In this document: positions 9,384 to 19,810 of the stretch, one piece after another
How the letters are laid out: each line of letters begins with the position of its first letter
How positions within the stretch are numbered: the first letter of the stretch is position 1
Source: Fervidicoccaceae archaeon
GTDB taxonomy: Archaea > Thermoproteota > Thermoprotei_A > Sulfolobales > Fervidicoccaceae
Assembly (NCBI GenBank): GCA_038734945.1
Contig: JAVYOA010000002.1
Span: 1-64,000, forward strand
DNA: 64,000 nt
Direction: 5' to 3'
Translations under genes and position numbers: made by a program
The notes under the pieces: model-generated
Databases searched by the model: none
What the model was told of the DNA's origin: nothing
Seen by the model: only the letters and a program-made list of their open reading frames with translations

Positions 9384-12300
9384 TTTTCCTCTGGCAGGGT
9401 TGATGAATGAAGATATGCAAGGTAAAGAGCTATGGCTCTCAGCTTCATATATGCCTCTATTTTCTGCTCCTCATCGCTGAGCAGCTTCGAATATTCTCCC
9501 TTTTTTATCTTCTGAACTATTTCGAGGACGCTTTCGAGGGATGCTTCAGAAAGGGTATTGCCATAGATGCTCTTTGCGAGGGCCATGTAGGGCTCAAGGC
9601 TTGGCGGGGAGATTGCTCTCTCAATCTGCTTCATGACATCTATTCCAGACCTCTCTGCTGTCTGGGGAAGTCTTCTGAGACCCATGGAGAGAAGCGCTTT
9701 TCCAATGCTCTCGGATGGGATGAGAAGCTTGAACTCTCCATAGCTGATCATGTCCTCAAGCTCGTTTTCATATCTCTTCAGAGCTTCGTCAGGCTTCAAT
9801 CCGGGGGCTATTGGTGTTATGCTTGCATGCGCCTCGGCGCTCTCTCCATCGAAGTAAGACATTGCTACTAGATAGAGAAAAGGCCTTTCTCCACCCTCTA
9901 CGGGCTCAATTAGGGCATCGAGAGAGACGATCTTCAGATCCCTGGAAGGCCTCGGTATCCTCGCAAGGCTTCCTGATATGAGCACCTCCATTGTCCTGCC
10001 CTGGTTCAAGTACTCGAGTATCTTTTCGGCATACTGCTTCACGGAGTCCCAGTCGAAGCCAAGCTCAATGAAATCTGCATAGGCTAGCTCATCTATCTCG
10101 TTGAGGAGGATCATGTCGAGGTCATCTGGTACGTAATTTCTCACCTTCTCCTTGAATGAGAGCCAGTCAAAGTTCTCTATGAAACCAGCACTAGCACTCT
10201 CATGGAGATCGAACATCTTCTTTCCTCCAACAGTGACTATTCCATATTCTAGAAGATTCAACGGTATGCTCTCTGCTCTTCTAAGCACTATAATAATGAG
10301 GGCTAGACCCAGCCGGATCAGTCTCTCATCAAGCCGTTCATCAACTTCGTAGATGTAGCCATATGTGAAATCTGAGTATCTGCCATGAACCTCTACGGGA
10401 ACCTCTATGGGCCTCTTGCTTCGAGAGATAATCGTTTTTCCCTTTACAGTGAAGACTTTTGGTTTGGATGATGAGGCTATCCATAGGACCTTATCTGGAA
10501 TCTTTACCAGCTGGCCAAAGCCATTTCTTGGAGGATAGACGGTTAAGACAACTCTAGAGGTTAAAAATCCGTGGGAAAGATCCTTCATGAAGGAGGGCTC
10601 TTCCCCCCATCTGTACTTAGTCTCCATGTATTCTTCCATGGCCCTAGCAAAGGACTCATCCTCCCAGAAGTTCACGTCCTTGATCCTCTTCTCAATGACT
10701 GCTGTTACCCCCCTTCCCTTCTCTATTATTCTGTGCGAATATACAATGGAATCATTTGAGTAGTCGAAGCATCCTCTTTGAAAGAGCTCAACGAGGTCGC
10801 AGAAGCCTATTGGCTCAAGCAGTCTCAATCCCTTCTCTTCCTCAATTGCTCTCTTTATTCCATATGGAAGGGAGAACTCATAGAAGTTCATTCTTTTCCA
10901 TATGTACTCTAGTCTCTTTCTGTTCAGACCTCTCTCTCCTATGATTCCAGCCCTTCTCAGAGCCTCCTCTTCAAGCTCAGTTAGCTCATTTTTCCTGTAC
11001 CAGGTTGTCATGAGCTTAACGATTCCGGTGAAGAGCTTCTGGTAGAGGTTCCTTGGATTAACCATAGTTTTCTCCAGAGGAAGCGATAGCCATTTATCGA
11101 GAGCGTCAAAGCCTCTCGACAGGAGCTCCCTGTCCCAGCTTCCAAACGGAATAATTACTGTCTCGGTGAATGGTATTCCAGCCCTCCTTCCCTTTCTCCC
11201 CTCTCTCTGCTTGAACTCCCTAACGCTGTCTGGAAGACCGACGTGAACTATTCTAATTACCTTTCCAATGTCAATTCCCTGGGATAGGGTCCTAGGAGAA
11301 ATAATTATTTTCATCTCGCCCTTTCTGGCCTTCTCCTCTATTTCTTTTCTTCTCTCCTTAGATATGAGGTGGTGATGGGTTGAGACGCGCAGATCGCTAT
11401 CCCCCAGCCTCATCCTGAGAGTCCTTCCTATCTCCTCAGCCCTGTTTATGCTCCTGGTGAAAACGATTGTCAAGCCATCATCATCCAGGTATCTCTGGAG
11501 TATCTCAACGATGTCCAGACCAATTGATGGCACGGGAACTCCGAGGGCCTCAATGTAGCTCAGCACCTTGTAGGATCTCTCCTCGAAGGCCTCAAAGCTC
11601 TCAAGGGCCTCAGCTATTTCTTTTTCTTCCCTTATCCCGCTCTCCCTCATCTTCTTAAAGATCTCGCCCCTCTTCTTTCTTAGCTCCTCCCAAATAGCTC
11701 TTAGGTTCTTCCCCATCACTACATGCACTCTGTTCTCAACGTGGAATGCCTCTCCTCTTACAATTTTGTAGCCTCTGCCTGTAATGCTCTTCAAATACTC
11801 CCCGAGCTCATCAGGATTCGATAGGGTGGCTGTCAGAATGGCAATTTGTGGTTTCTCCTCGGCAGAATCTGAAATCAGCTGCAGCATTCCGAGAAGGAGG
11901 CTAATGCTCCTCGGATCATAGAAGTCGAATTCGTCGAGCACAATGAGGTTGACTGAGCTGAAGAAAGGCTCGAGAAGGCTCTTGTCCCTCTCTATCATGT
12001 ACTTCTTGAGCTCGCTCATGAGATAGGAAGGATTTGTCAGAAGTATGCTGCTTCTAGCTATTTTCCTTCTTATTCCTCCTGTTCCCTCAGCCTTTCTGAT
12101 CTCCTCTTTCGTTGGGGAATCCAGCCTCAGTACCTCGACTGAAAATGTTTTGGCATAGGATGATATTCTCTTTATTTGGTCCTCCGCTAGAGCAAGCGTA
12201 GGGTACATTACTATTGCCTTGAAGTTTCTTCTCTGAGCAGACATCCTGAGCGCTGGAAGGGCCCATGCCTCAGTTTTTCCTGAGCCAGTTCCAGAGATCA

Positions 12301-12535
12301 TGATGAGATTCATACCGGAAGACAGAGCATCAATGGCTTCCAGCTGGTGCTCATAGGGGTTTGCTGATGCCAGCCTTCTGGAAATTTCATCGCTTCCGTT
12401 TGAGAGCTCTGGAAAGAGATCTGAGAAAGAGGAAGCTATCCTTCTGGGCTCAACTGGAGGATCTATTCTCGTTATTAACGTGTAGCCGTCTGCCTCCAGA
12501 GATGCTCTGGAATCCAGAACCTTCATAATTTCCAT
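9374..12535 (-). CDS. SF2 DEAD/DEAH helicase (Hrq1/MrfA-like) with long C-terminal extension
   Basis: PYEHQ, GTGSGKTE, DEFD, TATLSNP, QGIDIG, QREGRKGR; start trimmed to avoid the divergent speB. Confidence 0.88.
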   Translation of the reverse strand: MEIMKVLDSRASLEADGYTLITRIDPPVEPRRIASSFSDLFPELSNGSDEISRRLASANPYEHQLEAIDALSSGMNLIMISGTGSGKTEAWALPALRMSAQRRNFKAIVMYPTLALAEDQIKRISSYAKTFSVEVLRLDSPTKEEIRKAEGTGGIRRKIARSSILLTNPSYLMSELKKYMIERDKSLLEPFFSSVNLIVLDEFDFYDPRSISLLLGMLQLISDSAEEKPQIAILTATLSNPDELGEYLKSITGRGYKIVRGEAFHVENRVHVVMGKNLRAIWEELRKKRGEIFKKMRESGIREEKEIAEALESFEAFEERSYKVLSYIEALGVPVPSIGLDIVEILQRYLDDDGLTIVFTRSINRAEEIGRTLRMRLGDSDLRVSTHHHLISKERRKEIEEKARKGEMKIIISPRTLSQGIDIGKVIRIVHVGLPDSVREFKQREGRKGRRAGIPFTETVIIPFGSWDRELLSRGFDALDKWLSLPLEKTMVNPRNLYQKLFTGIVKLMTTWYRKNELTELEEEALRRAGIIGERGLNRKRLEYIWKRMNFYEFSLPYGIKRAIEEEKGLRLLEPIGFCDLVELFQRGCFDYSNDSIVYSHRIIEKGRGVTAVIEKRIKDVNFWEDESFARAMEEYMETKYRWGEEPSFMKDLSHGFLTSRVVLTVYPPRNGFGQLVKIPDKVLWIASSSKPKVFTVKGKTIISRSKRPIEVPVEVHGRYSDFTYGYIYEVDERLDERLIRLGLALIIIVLRRAESIPLNLLEYGIVTVGGKKMFDLHESASAGFIENFDWLSFKEKVRNYVPDDLDMILLNEIDELAYADFIELGFDWDSVKQYAEKILEYLNQGRTMEVLISGSLARIPRPSRDLKIVSLDALIEPVEGGERPFLYLVAMSYFDGESAEAHASITPIAPGLKPDEALKRYENELEDMISYGEFKLLIPSESIGKALLSMGLRRLPQTAERSGIDVMKQIERAISPPSLEPYMALAKSIYGNTLSEASLESVLEIVQKIKKGEYSKLLSDEEQKIEAYMKLRAIALYLAYLHSSTLPEENHP

Positions 12536-12593
12536 GAAAGTGGCCTCCTCTTTATTAACTATAAAACAGGGATTTAAATGCAGGAGGTTTGTC

Positions 12594-13490
12594 ATGAGCT
12601 GGAGGCTGAGGCTGGAGAGGGGAAAAACCTTTGCCAACTTCTCATCTTCAAGAGATAGAACAAAGATAAGCATCATCGGAGCTCCTCTTGATATATCGAA
12701 CTCGCATGCTCCTGGGACAATGTATGCTCCTGACGAGATAAGAAAAATAGCTGAGAGCCTAGAATGGTATTCCTTCATTTCTGAGAGAGATCTAACTGAG
12801 TTTGGTCTGCATGATGAGGGGAACCTCGTTCTCTATCCAGGAGAAATTGGAAAAAGCATTGATCTCATATCCGAGGCCCTCTCTGATTTGAGAGGAGAGG
12901 GAAGGATACCTTTTTTGCTTGGTGGAGAGCACACTGTGAGCATAGCTTCTTCGAGAATTGTTTCTGGGGATTGTCTGGTAATAGTTTTCGATGCCCATCT
13001 TGACTTAAGGGATGAATATCTGGGTTCCTATGTGAATCACGCAACTGCTATGAGGAGGCTGTGGGAGCGATCAGGATCTCCAAAGTTCGCATTTATTGGA
13101 ACCAGGGCTGTCTCTCCAGAGGAGCTGGAGTTTGCAAGGAAGGAGGGGATGGAAATATTCACAAGCAGGACTATATGGAAGTATGGATCATCGGAGGCCG
13201 TGAAGAGGATAAATAGGATGATCGAGGAAGCGAAATGCGTTTACATATCATTTGACATGGATGTAGTAGATCCAGGCTTTGCTCCAGGTGTTGGTACCCC
13301 GGAGCCCCTAGGGCTAGAGCCAAATGCTGTTGCAGGAATGCTTGTATCATTGGTTGGGGAAAAGCTAATTGGGTTCGATATGGTCGAGGTCAATCCCATG
13401 AGAGACTGCGGAGAGGCAACAAGCGCTCTGGCTGCAAAGCTAATAATAGAAGCTATAATTAAGTATGAGATCAGCAGGAAAGCTAAATAG
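12594..13490 (+). CDS. speB: agmatinase
   Basis: GGEHT, DAHLD, SFDMDVVDP, PGVGTPEP ureohydrolase motifs. Confidence 0.9.
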   Translation: MSWRLRLERGKTFANFSSSRDRTKISIIGAPLDISNSHAPGTMYAPDEIRKIAESLEWYSFISERDLTEFGLHDEGNLVLYPGEIGKSIDLISEALSDLRGEGRIPFLLGGEHTVSIASSRIVSGDCLVIVFDAHLDLRDEYLGSYVNHATAMRRLWERSGSPKFAFIGTRAVSPEELEFARKEGMEIFTSRTIWKYGSSEAVKRINRMIEEAKCVYISFDMDVVDPGFAPGVGTPEPLGLEPNAVAGMLVSLVGEKLIGFDMVEVNPMRDCGEATSALAAKLIIEAIIKYEISRKAK

Positions 13491-13653
13491 CCTTGATCCT
13501 CTTTACATATGGCTTTCTCACTTTATATACAATTTTGCTTCCGCAGTAAACACACTTTATGCTATGAAGCAGCTCGAAGTCCTGAGGCTTCAATTCCTTC
13601 CCGCATCTGGCACACACGTAAATAACTTCTCCTCTTGCCGGCACTTCCTCCAA
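13483..13653 (-). CDS. rpoP: DNA-directed RNA polymerase subunit P (Rpo12)
   Basis: YVCARCG...IKCVYCGSKIVYKVR zinc ribbon; TTG start after GGTGG. Confidence 0.92.
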   Translation of the reverse strand: MEEVPARGEVIYVCARCGKELKPQDFELLHSIKCVYCGSKIVYKVRKPYVKRIKAI

Positions 13654-13754
13654 AATAGACCACCATAGATAAAGCAAGCATGAGGAATAATAAATCTGAT
13701 TGTTTGAAGAAATTTTTTTATTTTGAATGATAGAGCATAGAACAGTGATGCATC

Positions 13755-15698
13755 TTGGGACTTACTATTGAGGACCTGGATAAATTGGTTCTTGTTTCCG
13801 ATCCAAAGCTCTCTCCTGACTCGAAATTTATAGCATTTGTTGTGACCAAGCCCTCAGTGAAAGATGATAGATACAGCTCATCAATATGGCTGTACAGTCT
13901 AGAGGATGACTCGAGCTTTCCATTAACGGATGGTCCAAGCGATTTCTCTCCCTCATGGAGCCCAGATGGTAGGTTCTTGAGCTTTGTGAGGAGGGTGGAA
14001 CAGCAGGACTCAACATTCTTCGAGCTTAGAATTGCTGACATGAAGCACAATGCTCAGCAGAGAGCGCTTCTGAGAACAGAGAAGGGGATATGGGGGGTGA
14101 GATGGAGCAGAGATGGAAGGGAAATAATGTTTCTCAGCAGTAAGGGAGAGATTGAGAAGGATGTGAAGCACATAGAGGACATACCCATATGGTTCAATGG
14201 AAAGGGCTTCACGTATAACATAAAGTCAAGGGTATTCATAGCAGACGTATCTTCCGGAAACTACAGAGAAGTTGAAATCAGCGAGAAGGAAGATATATCT
14301 CAGGCTGAATGGCATCCCAGCGGGAGGAAGATCGTTTATTTATCATCTTCCGATAGTTCAAGGCCGTACATATCAGATCTTCACATCTTCGATCTGGAAA
14401 GCAAGATGGATGAGAAGATAACCAAAAGCGATATGTCTATAGAGGATTTTGATTTGAATATGGCAGGAACGAAAGCAGTGATAAGGGGGCTGGATCTATC
14501 GAGGGGGCTAGCTGGACACAACAGGCTATGGCTCGTTGATCTAAGAAATGGAGAGATGGAGGAGATTTCTCTTCCTGATAAAGATGTGTCCAATTCAATG
14601 AACTCGGATGTGAGGGGGCCGAGCAGTGGAAAGAAGCTGCAGTGGATCGGCGAATATATTTACTTTCCACTCATGAATGGATACAGAGCATCTCTTTACA
14701 GGTGGAACGAAAGCGATGGATTCTCTCCTCTTGTGGAAGGAGAGTTCACTGTAGAAGATTATTCCGTGGGAAAAAATGTTGTTGCCCTGACAGTGATGAG
14801 CTCGACTGAGCTCCCTGAGCTCTTTCTCCTGAGGAATGAAGAGCTGAGGAAGCTTACATCCTTCAATGATTCCCTATTGAGGCAGGCAAAGCTGACCAGG
14901 CCTGAGAAGTTCGCTGTGAAGGCAAGTGATGGAGAACAGATAGATGCATTTATTTTGAAGCCATCTTCATTCGAACCTGGCAGGAAGTATCCGGCCATTT
15001 TGTATATTCATGGAGGTCCAGCAACAGCATATGGAGAGTCATTCATTCACGAGTTTCACGTCCTCTCTAATGAGGGTTTTGTGGTCATCTATTCTAACCC
15101 AAGGGGGAGCTCGGGATATTCAGAGAGCTTCAGAGATATAAGGGGAAGCTATGGAACTAGAGACTTCCAGGATATAATGGAGGTTCTGGATGAAGCATTG
15201 AGAAGGTATGATTTCATCGATTCCCAGAGGCTAGGAGTAGCTGGTGGAAGCTATGGAGGATTCATGACCAACTGGATAATTACTCATACCGATAGATTCA
15301 GGGCAGCTGTTACCCAGAGATCAATAAGCAATTGGATAAGCTTCTACGGCACTTCGGATATAGGGTTCTACTTTGCCGAAGATCAAATACTTGGAAGGCT
15401 GGGTAAGAGGCTGTGGGAAGAGGGATCCTTTCAGAAGCTGTGGGATGCCTCTCCTCTCAAATATGCTGGTAATATCTCGACTCCAACGCTAATACTGCAC
15501 TCAGATGAGGACTATAGATGCTGGCTTGATCAAGCAATACAGCTGTTCACAGCTATTAAGCTGAGAGGTGTTCCTACGCGGCTCGTGATTTTTCCAAGAG
15601 AGAACCACGATCTCTCAAGGAGCGGAAAGCCAAAACATAGAGTGGAGAGGCTGAAGGAAATAGTGCAGTGGTTCAATAAGTATCTCAAGATGCCCTGA
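13755..15698 (+). CDS. S9 family peptidase (acylaminoacyl peptidase-like)
   Basis: Propeller repeats, HGGP, GGSYGG, HSDEDYRC, ENH. Confidence 0.93.
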   Translation: MGLTIEDLDKLVLVSDPKLSPDSKFIAFVVTKPSVKDDRYSSSIWLYSLEDDSSFPLTDGPSDFSPSWSPDGRFLSFVRRVEQQDSTFFELRIADMKHNAQQRALLRTEKGIWGVRWSRDGREIMFLSSKGEIEKDVKHIEDIPIWFNGKGFTYNIKSRVFIADVSSGNYREVEISEKEDISQAEWHPSGRKIVYLSSSDSSRPYISDLHIFDLESKMDEKITKSDMSIEDFDLNMAGTKAVIRGLDLSRGLAGHNRLWLVDLRNGEMEEISLPDKDVSNSMNSDVRGPSSGKKLQWIGEYIYFPLMNGYRASLYRWNESDGFSPLVEGEFTVEDYSVGKNVVALTVMSSTELPELFLLRNEELRKLTSFNDSLLRQAKLTRPEKFAVKASDGEQIDAFILKPSSFEPGRKYPAILYIHGGPATAYGESFIHEFHVLSNEGFVVIYSNPRGSSGYSESFRDIRGSYGTRDFQDIMEVLDEALRRYDFIDSQRLGVAGGSYGGFMTNWIITHTDRFRAAVTQRSISNWISFYGTSDIGFYFAEDQILGRLGKRLWEEGSFQKLWDASPLKYAGNISTPTLILHSDEDYRCWLDQAIQLFTAIKLRGVPTRLVIFPRENHDLSRSGKPKHRVERLKEIVQWFNKYLKMP

Positions 15699-15702
15699 GA
15701 TG

Positions 15703-16191
15703 CTATTTTTTCCCTTCATCTATTAGCTTTCTAAGGAGATCGTCGTGTCTCAGCTCATCCTCTCCAATTAGCATCAGCACTTTTGCTATTTCTCCGCGAC
15801 TCTCCTCGGAAAGGATTCTAGAAATGGAGGAAACCATGGCCTCCTCGTAGATTTTTCTCTCGACTGATGAAGTGCACTCAAGAAGCTCCTCGAGTTCCTT
15901 TTCATCTATTCTTTCTATATTCGATATTCTCTCTCTGAGCTCGCTGTTGAGCTTAATGACATCTCTGTACATTTCTCCGAGAAGCTCTGAGCACAGCTCT
16001 GGGTTCTCAGATTGCTCTTCTCCAGCTAGTCTGGAATAAATTAGATAGTGCTTCAGCGTGTCGAGTGATATGAATAGAATTGTTCCTCTCTCTTTGCTAT
16101 CCTCCATTTTTGAATAGAGGTCGTCATATAGCTTGTAAGTCTCCTTTTCCATATATGCGAGACAGCTGAGAACTTCCTTGATTTTCTCCAT
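15703..16191 (-). CDS. ferritin-like (rubrerythrin-type) four-helix protein
   Basis: E..YKLY / DTLKH and E..IY / DELRH pairs. Confidence 0.6.
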   Translation of the reverse strand: MEKIKEVLSCLAYMEKETYKLYDDLYSKMEDSKERGTILFISLDTLKHYLIYSRLAGEEQSENPELCSELLGEMYRDVIKLNSELRERISNIERIDEKELEELLECTSSVERKIYEEAMVSSISRILSEESRGEIAKVLMLIGEDELRHDDLLRKLIDEGKK

Positions 16192-16581
16192 ACATACTCA
16201 CTCCGAAATATTATGAAATATTCTAATACATAATTTTTTCCTAAAGTTCCTCAAATTAAGGAGATTTGCGTCGAGATTTTCAACCAGCTCTGCAGCTTCA
16301 ATGCAAAATAGGAGAAATGTTGTCTTTAAAGAATAAAAAGCTAGCTCAATATCCGCTTTCTTGCAAATAAACAACCGATTTGCTTCTACAAGACTTGAAG
16401 AGCGCCCATGACCTCATGCAGAGTGTCTGGCAGCTGCAGTGAATCGTAGAGCAGAAAGCATGTAGCAAACGAATGTGCTTGATATTGAAAAATTTTCTAT
16501 ATACTTCAATTTTATTCTTTTTAAAAAGTATTACGGTATGGATCTTCTCTCCTTAATGCTTGCGAGCTCCTTTTGCTAGGA

Positions 16582-17088
16582 TCAGAAACCAACTAAAGAA
16601 AAAATTCTGTATAAAGTCATAACAACGATTAATAGCCCAAACAGCTTTTTCAGTAGAATGGATGGCACATACTTGGAAGTTATCCTAGCACCAGCATATG
16701 AAGCTATTGTAGAGGTAATGAGCAGTATAGCTGTCAATTGGAGATCCATGCTAATATTCCCCAGCCTTGGTATTAGTGCTGAAAAAGAGGGGGGACAGAC
16801 AGCAACAGCATTTATTCCAGCTGCTTTCTTCGGCTCAAGGCCAGCAATAATCAAAGTTGGCATAAGCAGAAATCCTGGCCCAACGCCAAGAAATCCTGCA
16901 AGTATAGAGATGGGAACTGCTAAGATAAGTGCTAGTTTATATCTCTCTTTACTTGCAGTGGCTTTAACTGGCTTGAATAACCTGTAGGCAAGATAGAGGA
17001 CTGAAGCAAAGTAGATAAACCACACATAGAGCTGCGGAACTTTTAATACCAATATAGAGCCTATGGGTGCTGAAAGAGTTGTAACTAG
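16582..17088 (-). pseudogene. 5'-truncated TauE/SafE (TSUP) transporter
   Basis: Only the second repeat (GFLGVGPGFLLMP) is complete; in-frame TAG at 17089-17091 and no N-terminal repeat. Confidence 0.7.
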
Positions 17089-17153
17089 CTATTAGGTGAT
17101 TCTCTCTCATTCTAATTTTTTTCATGCATTGAATAATGAAAAAAGAGGAGATT

Positions 17154-17405
17154 TTATTGGGATTTCTTGAGCTCCTCTATTCTGGAGTCTATGTCCTTTA
17201 GGACAAAGTCAGTTATGTATTTTCTCAGGTCCTCTAGATATCTGAGCTCCTCCTCTTTTGAGAAGAAGCCTCCAGCATAGGTTGGAGTGTACCGGAATGG
17301 CAGGCCATAGCACCATCCTCTGCCATACCAATATCCAGGTCTTTCCCATGGAGGAAGATCTGACCAAGGACCGTTTCCAGGATATAATCCTCTTCTCCAC
17401 CACAT
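17154..17405 (-). CDS. DUF5320-like small protein
   Basis: W/G/P/Y-rich N-terminus, then KEEELRYLE...IDSRIEELKK coiled coil; follows DUF134. Confidence 0.7.
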   Translation of the reverse strand: MWWRRGLYPGNGPWSDLPPWERPGYWYGRGWCYGLPFRYTPTYAGGFFSKEEELRYLEDLRKYITDFVLKDIDSRIEELKKSQ

Positions 17406-17439
17406 TTTTTGATCACCAATTTTGAAATATGTTTCAGAA

Positions 17440-17799
17440 TTAATAAGCTTTTTGGTCGTTTTTTTCCTCCAAATTTCCTCCTTTTTTTGAAACAAGTTTT
17501 ATTGGCTTTCCAAAAAATAGAGCATCAGCAAGCTTCATTCTGCATGATTCCAATATACGCCAGAAAGTGGCCTTTGAGACTCCCATAATATTTGCTGCCT
17601 GATCCGTGGAGAGACCGTCAAGATGTATTAGCTTGAGAGCTTCTATCTCATAATCATAGATTTCAACAATGTTCTTTTGCTCTATCCCAACTGAGCCTTT
17701 CACTGGGAGAAAGATCAGTTCCTCCACTTCTAGTCTAGATCTCACTTCTATGGGAGGCCTTCCCCTGCAGCCGCGGCGGCCCTGCATCCATCTTGGCAT
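17440..17799 (-). CDS. DUF134 domain HTH protein
   Basis: RGRPP start; EIEALKLIHLDGLS...AANIMGVSKATFWRIL. Confidence 0.88.
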   Translation of the reverse strand: MPRWMQGRRGCRGRPPIEVRSRLEVEELIFLPVKGSVGIEQKNIVEIYDYEIEALKLIHLDGLSTDQAANIMGVSKATFWRILESCRMKLADALFFGKPIKLVSKKGGNLEEKNDQKAY

Positions 17800-17874
17800 G
17801 ATGATTATTTCCCTAATAATAATAAGGCGAAGGGATTATTATTGCATTTGCTTATGCTCCTTATGCTAAAGAAA

Positions 17875-19434
17875 TCAGAAGTTGGGGTTTCGGCTCTGCT
17901 GGAGTGGTGCTTGTGCTGACTGAGCTGCCTTCTCCCTCATTCTGAGTGAAGGCAGCTGTTTGGCTATGCTGTTCACTTTTCTCTCCACATACCACATGAA
18001 AAATTCAAGGAGTCCTCTAAGGGGTAAATATGCGGGAGATCTCAGATATGATTTCTCAAGTATTTGCTTCCCCCAATAGATGGAGTGCTGATAGGTCTTG
18101 TAGAGAATCTGCATATGAAGTTCGCTCATCATCTCTCTTCTGTAGAAATCTCTGTCCTTGAGTGCCCCCATTGGCACGAACATCATGGGCACTATGAGGC
18201 TCCTATATTGCTTGAGCTTGTCCAAGAGCTCAAGCGTCTGAATTAAATCATTTTCGGTTTCCTCTGGCAGCCCAATAATGAGGGTAACTGCAGGTATTAT
18301 GCTGCTCTCATGCATTATTTTGAAGGCCTCCTCAACTGTTTCATGCCATCTCTCAACTGGGTATGGAGCTGATTTTGCAGGCATTATTTTCTTAGCAAGC
18401 TCAATTCCTCCAGTTTCAAGGCCTACCTCAACACCAAGAAAGTCCTGCTTCTCCTTTATCATTTCCATCAGCTTCGTTATTAGCTTGTATTTTTCCTCTG
18501 AGTATCTAATTGCTGCGAGGCTGGCATGACTCCAAGCAATATTCTCAACATGCTTGAGAGCCATTTTATGAAGCTGAATGAGGGGATCCTCTCTTGGCTT
18601 AACCCCATCAGATCCGTAGAGAAGCACATCTTCGCTGTGAAGCAGCCCTATATTCACGCCATACTTCACGTTGACTAGAATTTCCCTCTCGATTTTTTCC
18701 AGAGGAATGTGCCTCAGAGGTCTAAGAGTAACGCTGCAGAATCTGCACCCTCTTGGACATCCCCTCATGATCTCAACAAGCCCATTTACGCTTGGCCTAA
18801 CTATTTCAGGTATCTCATCAATTGAGGGAACATCTTTTATTCCCGCATAGAGATAGCTGGGAAGCTCCTCGTTGTTCAGGGCTTTTCTAACAAGGCTTCC
18901 AATTAGCTTTTCGGATTCTCCCTCGAAAACCGTGTCTACTCCCCACTTCTTCCACTTTTCCACCTCATAAAGCCACTGCCATGCTGCTGGCCCCCCCACA
19001 ATTATCTTTGCACCATTCTTCTTCATTTTTCTCACAGGCTCGCTTTCCATAAGTCTGATGAAGCTGATTCTGTTTATAGGCTCCTTTCCTGTTATTAGCC
19101 ACCATTCATTGCTAGGAGGACCGTAGGCAAAGTAATCATGATGGCCAATGAGCAGAACCTTAGCCTCTTCTTCATATTTTTTCAGATAGTCAGGATCGAT
19201 TACTCTTGCATCTATCCCCTCCCTTATCAGAGCTGCCTCTACCTTTCTCAGTCCATAGGGAGCTTCCAGAGGCTCCCCATCCTTCATGATCTTCGGCTTG
19301 GGTGACGATATCCACAGCCAGAGCTTCTCAGGAAGAGCTATTGGTGGTCCGGTAGATACGAAGCCAAGGAATTCCTTTCTATGATGGTTGGACATCATAG
19401 TTCTATCTGTTGTTATAATGACATCAGCTTTCAC
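17875..19434 (-). CDS. radical SAM protein (B12-binding-like N-terminal domain)
   Basis: MRGCPRGCRFC CxxxCxxC; APYGLRKVEA; VGGP. Confidence 0.88.
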   Translation of the reverse strand: MKADVIITTDRTMMSNHHRKEFLGFVSTGPPIALPEKLWLWISSPKPKIMKDGEPLEAPYGLRKVEAALIREGIDARVIDPDYLKKYEEEAKVLLIGHHDYFAYGPPSNEWWLITGKEPINRISFIRLMESEPVRKMKKNGAKIIVGGPAAWQWLYEVEKWKKWGVDTVFEGESEKLIGSLVRKALNNEELPSYLYAGIKDVPSIDEIPEIVRPSVNGLVEIMRGCPRGCRFCSVTLRPLRHIPLEKIEREILVNVKYGVNIGLLHSEDVLLYGSDGVKPREDPLIQLHKMALKHVENIAWSHASLAAIRYSEEKYKLITKLMEMIKEKQDFLGVEVGLETGGIELAKKIMPAKSAPYPVERWHETVEEAFKIMHESSIIPAVTLIIGLPEETENDLIQTLELLDKLKQYRSLIVPMMFVPMGALKDRDFYRREMMSELHMQILYKTYQHSIYWGKQILEKSYLRSPAYLPLRGLLEFFMWYVERKVNSIAKQLPSLRMREKAAQSAQAPLQQSRNPNF

Positions 19435-19795
19435 TGCTGATCACCTCTCCATCAAAAATTCTTATGGGGAGAGAGCCGTCAGTTTTTATAGCCTCGAGAA
19501 TCCCAGAGGCAGCTCTCTCTAGGTAGAGAGAGTCGATCTCGTGTGAAGCTATAATATTTTTGAGGAGCTCTACGTCGAGCTTCTTGGTTATAATTGATAA
19601 TGTCACGCTGTGATTGATTGAGATTAGGGGGAGTGCTGAGATGACCTGATCTGGAGGATCCATATCGGAAAAGATGAAAAGTTTTAACCTGAAGTTCTTC
19701 CTTCTAGCGAGCTGAAGAAGCTCTGCTGCTGTGGCATGTGATATGCTCCTTCCGCTCGAAATGACGAGAGCAACTCTGAAGCAATCATTTTCCAA
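19424..19795 (-). CDS. hypothetical protein
   Basis: Fills the gap between the regulator and radical SAM gene, overlapping the latter. Confidence 0.6.
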   Translation of the reverse strand: MENDCFRVALVISSGRSISHATAAELLQLARRKNFRLKLFIFSDMDPPDQVISALPLISINHSVTLSIITKKLDVELLKNIIASHEIDSLYLERAASGILEAIKTDGSLPIRIFDGEVISSES

Positions 19796-19810
19796 AAATC
19801 TCCCCTCAGC

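Noticed and set aside
12536..12778. Long head-to-head overlap of the helicase and agmatinase ORFs
   Set aside because: ORF-caller extension; plausible starts at 12535 and 12594 leave a normal divergent promoter
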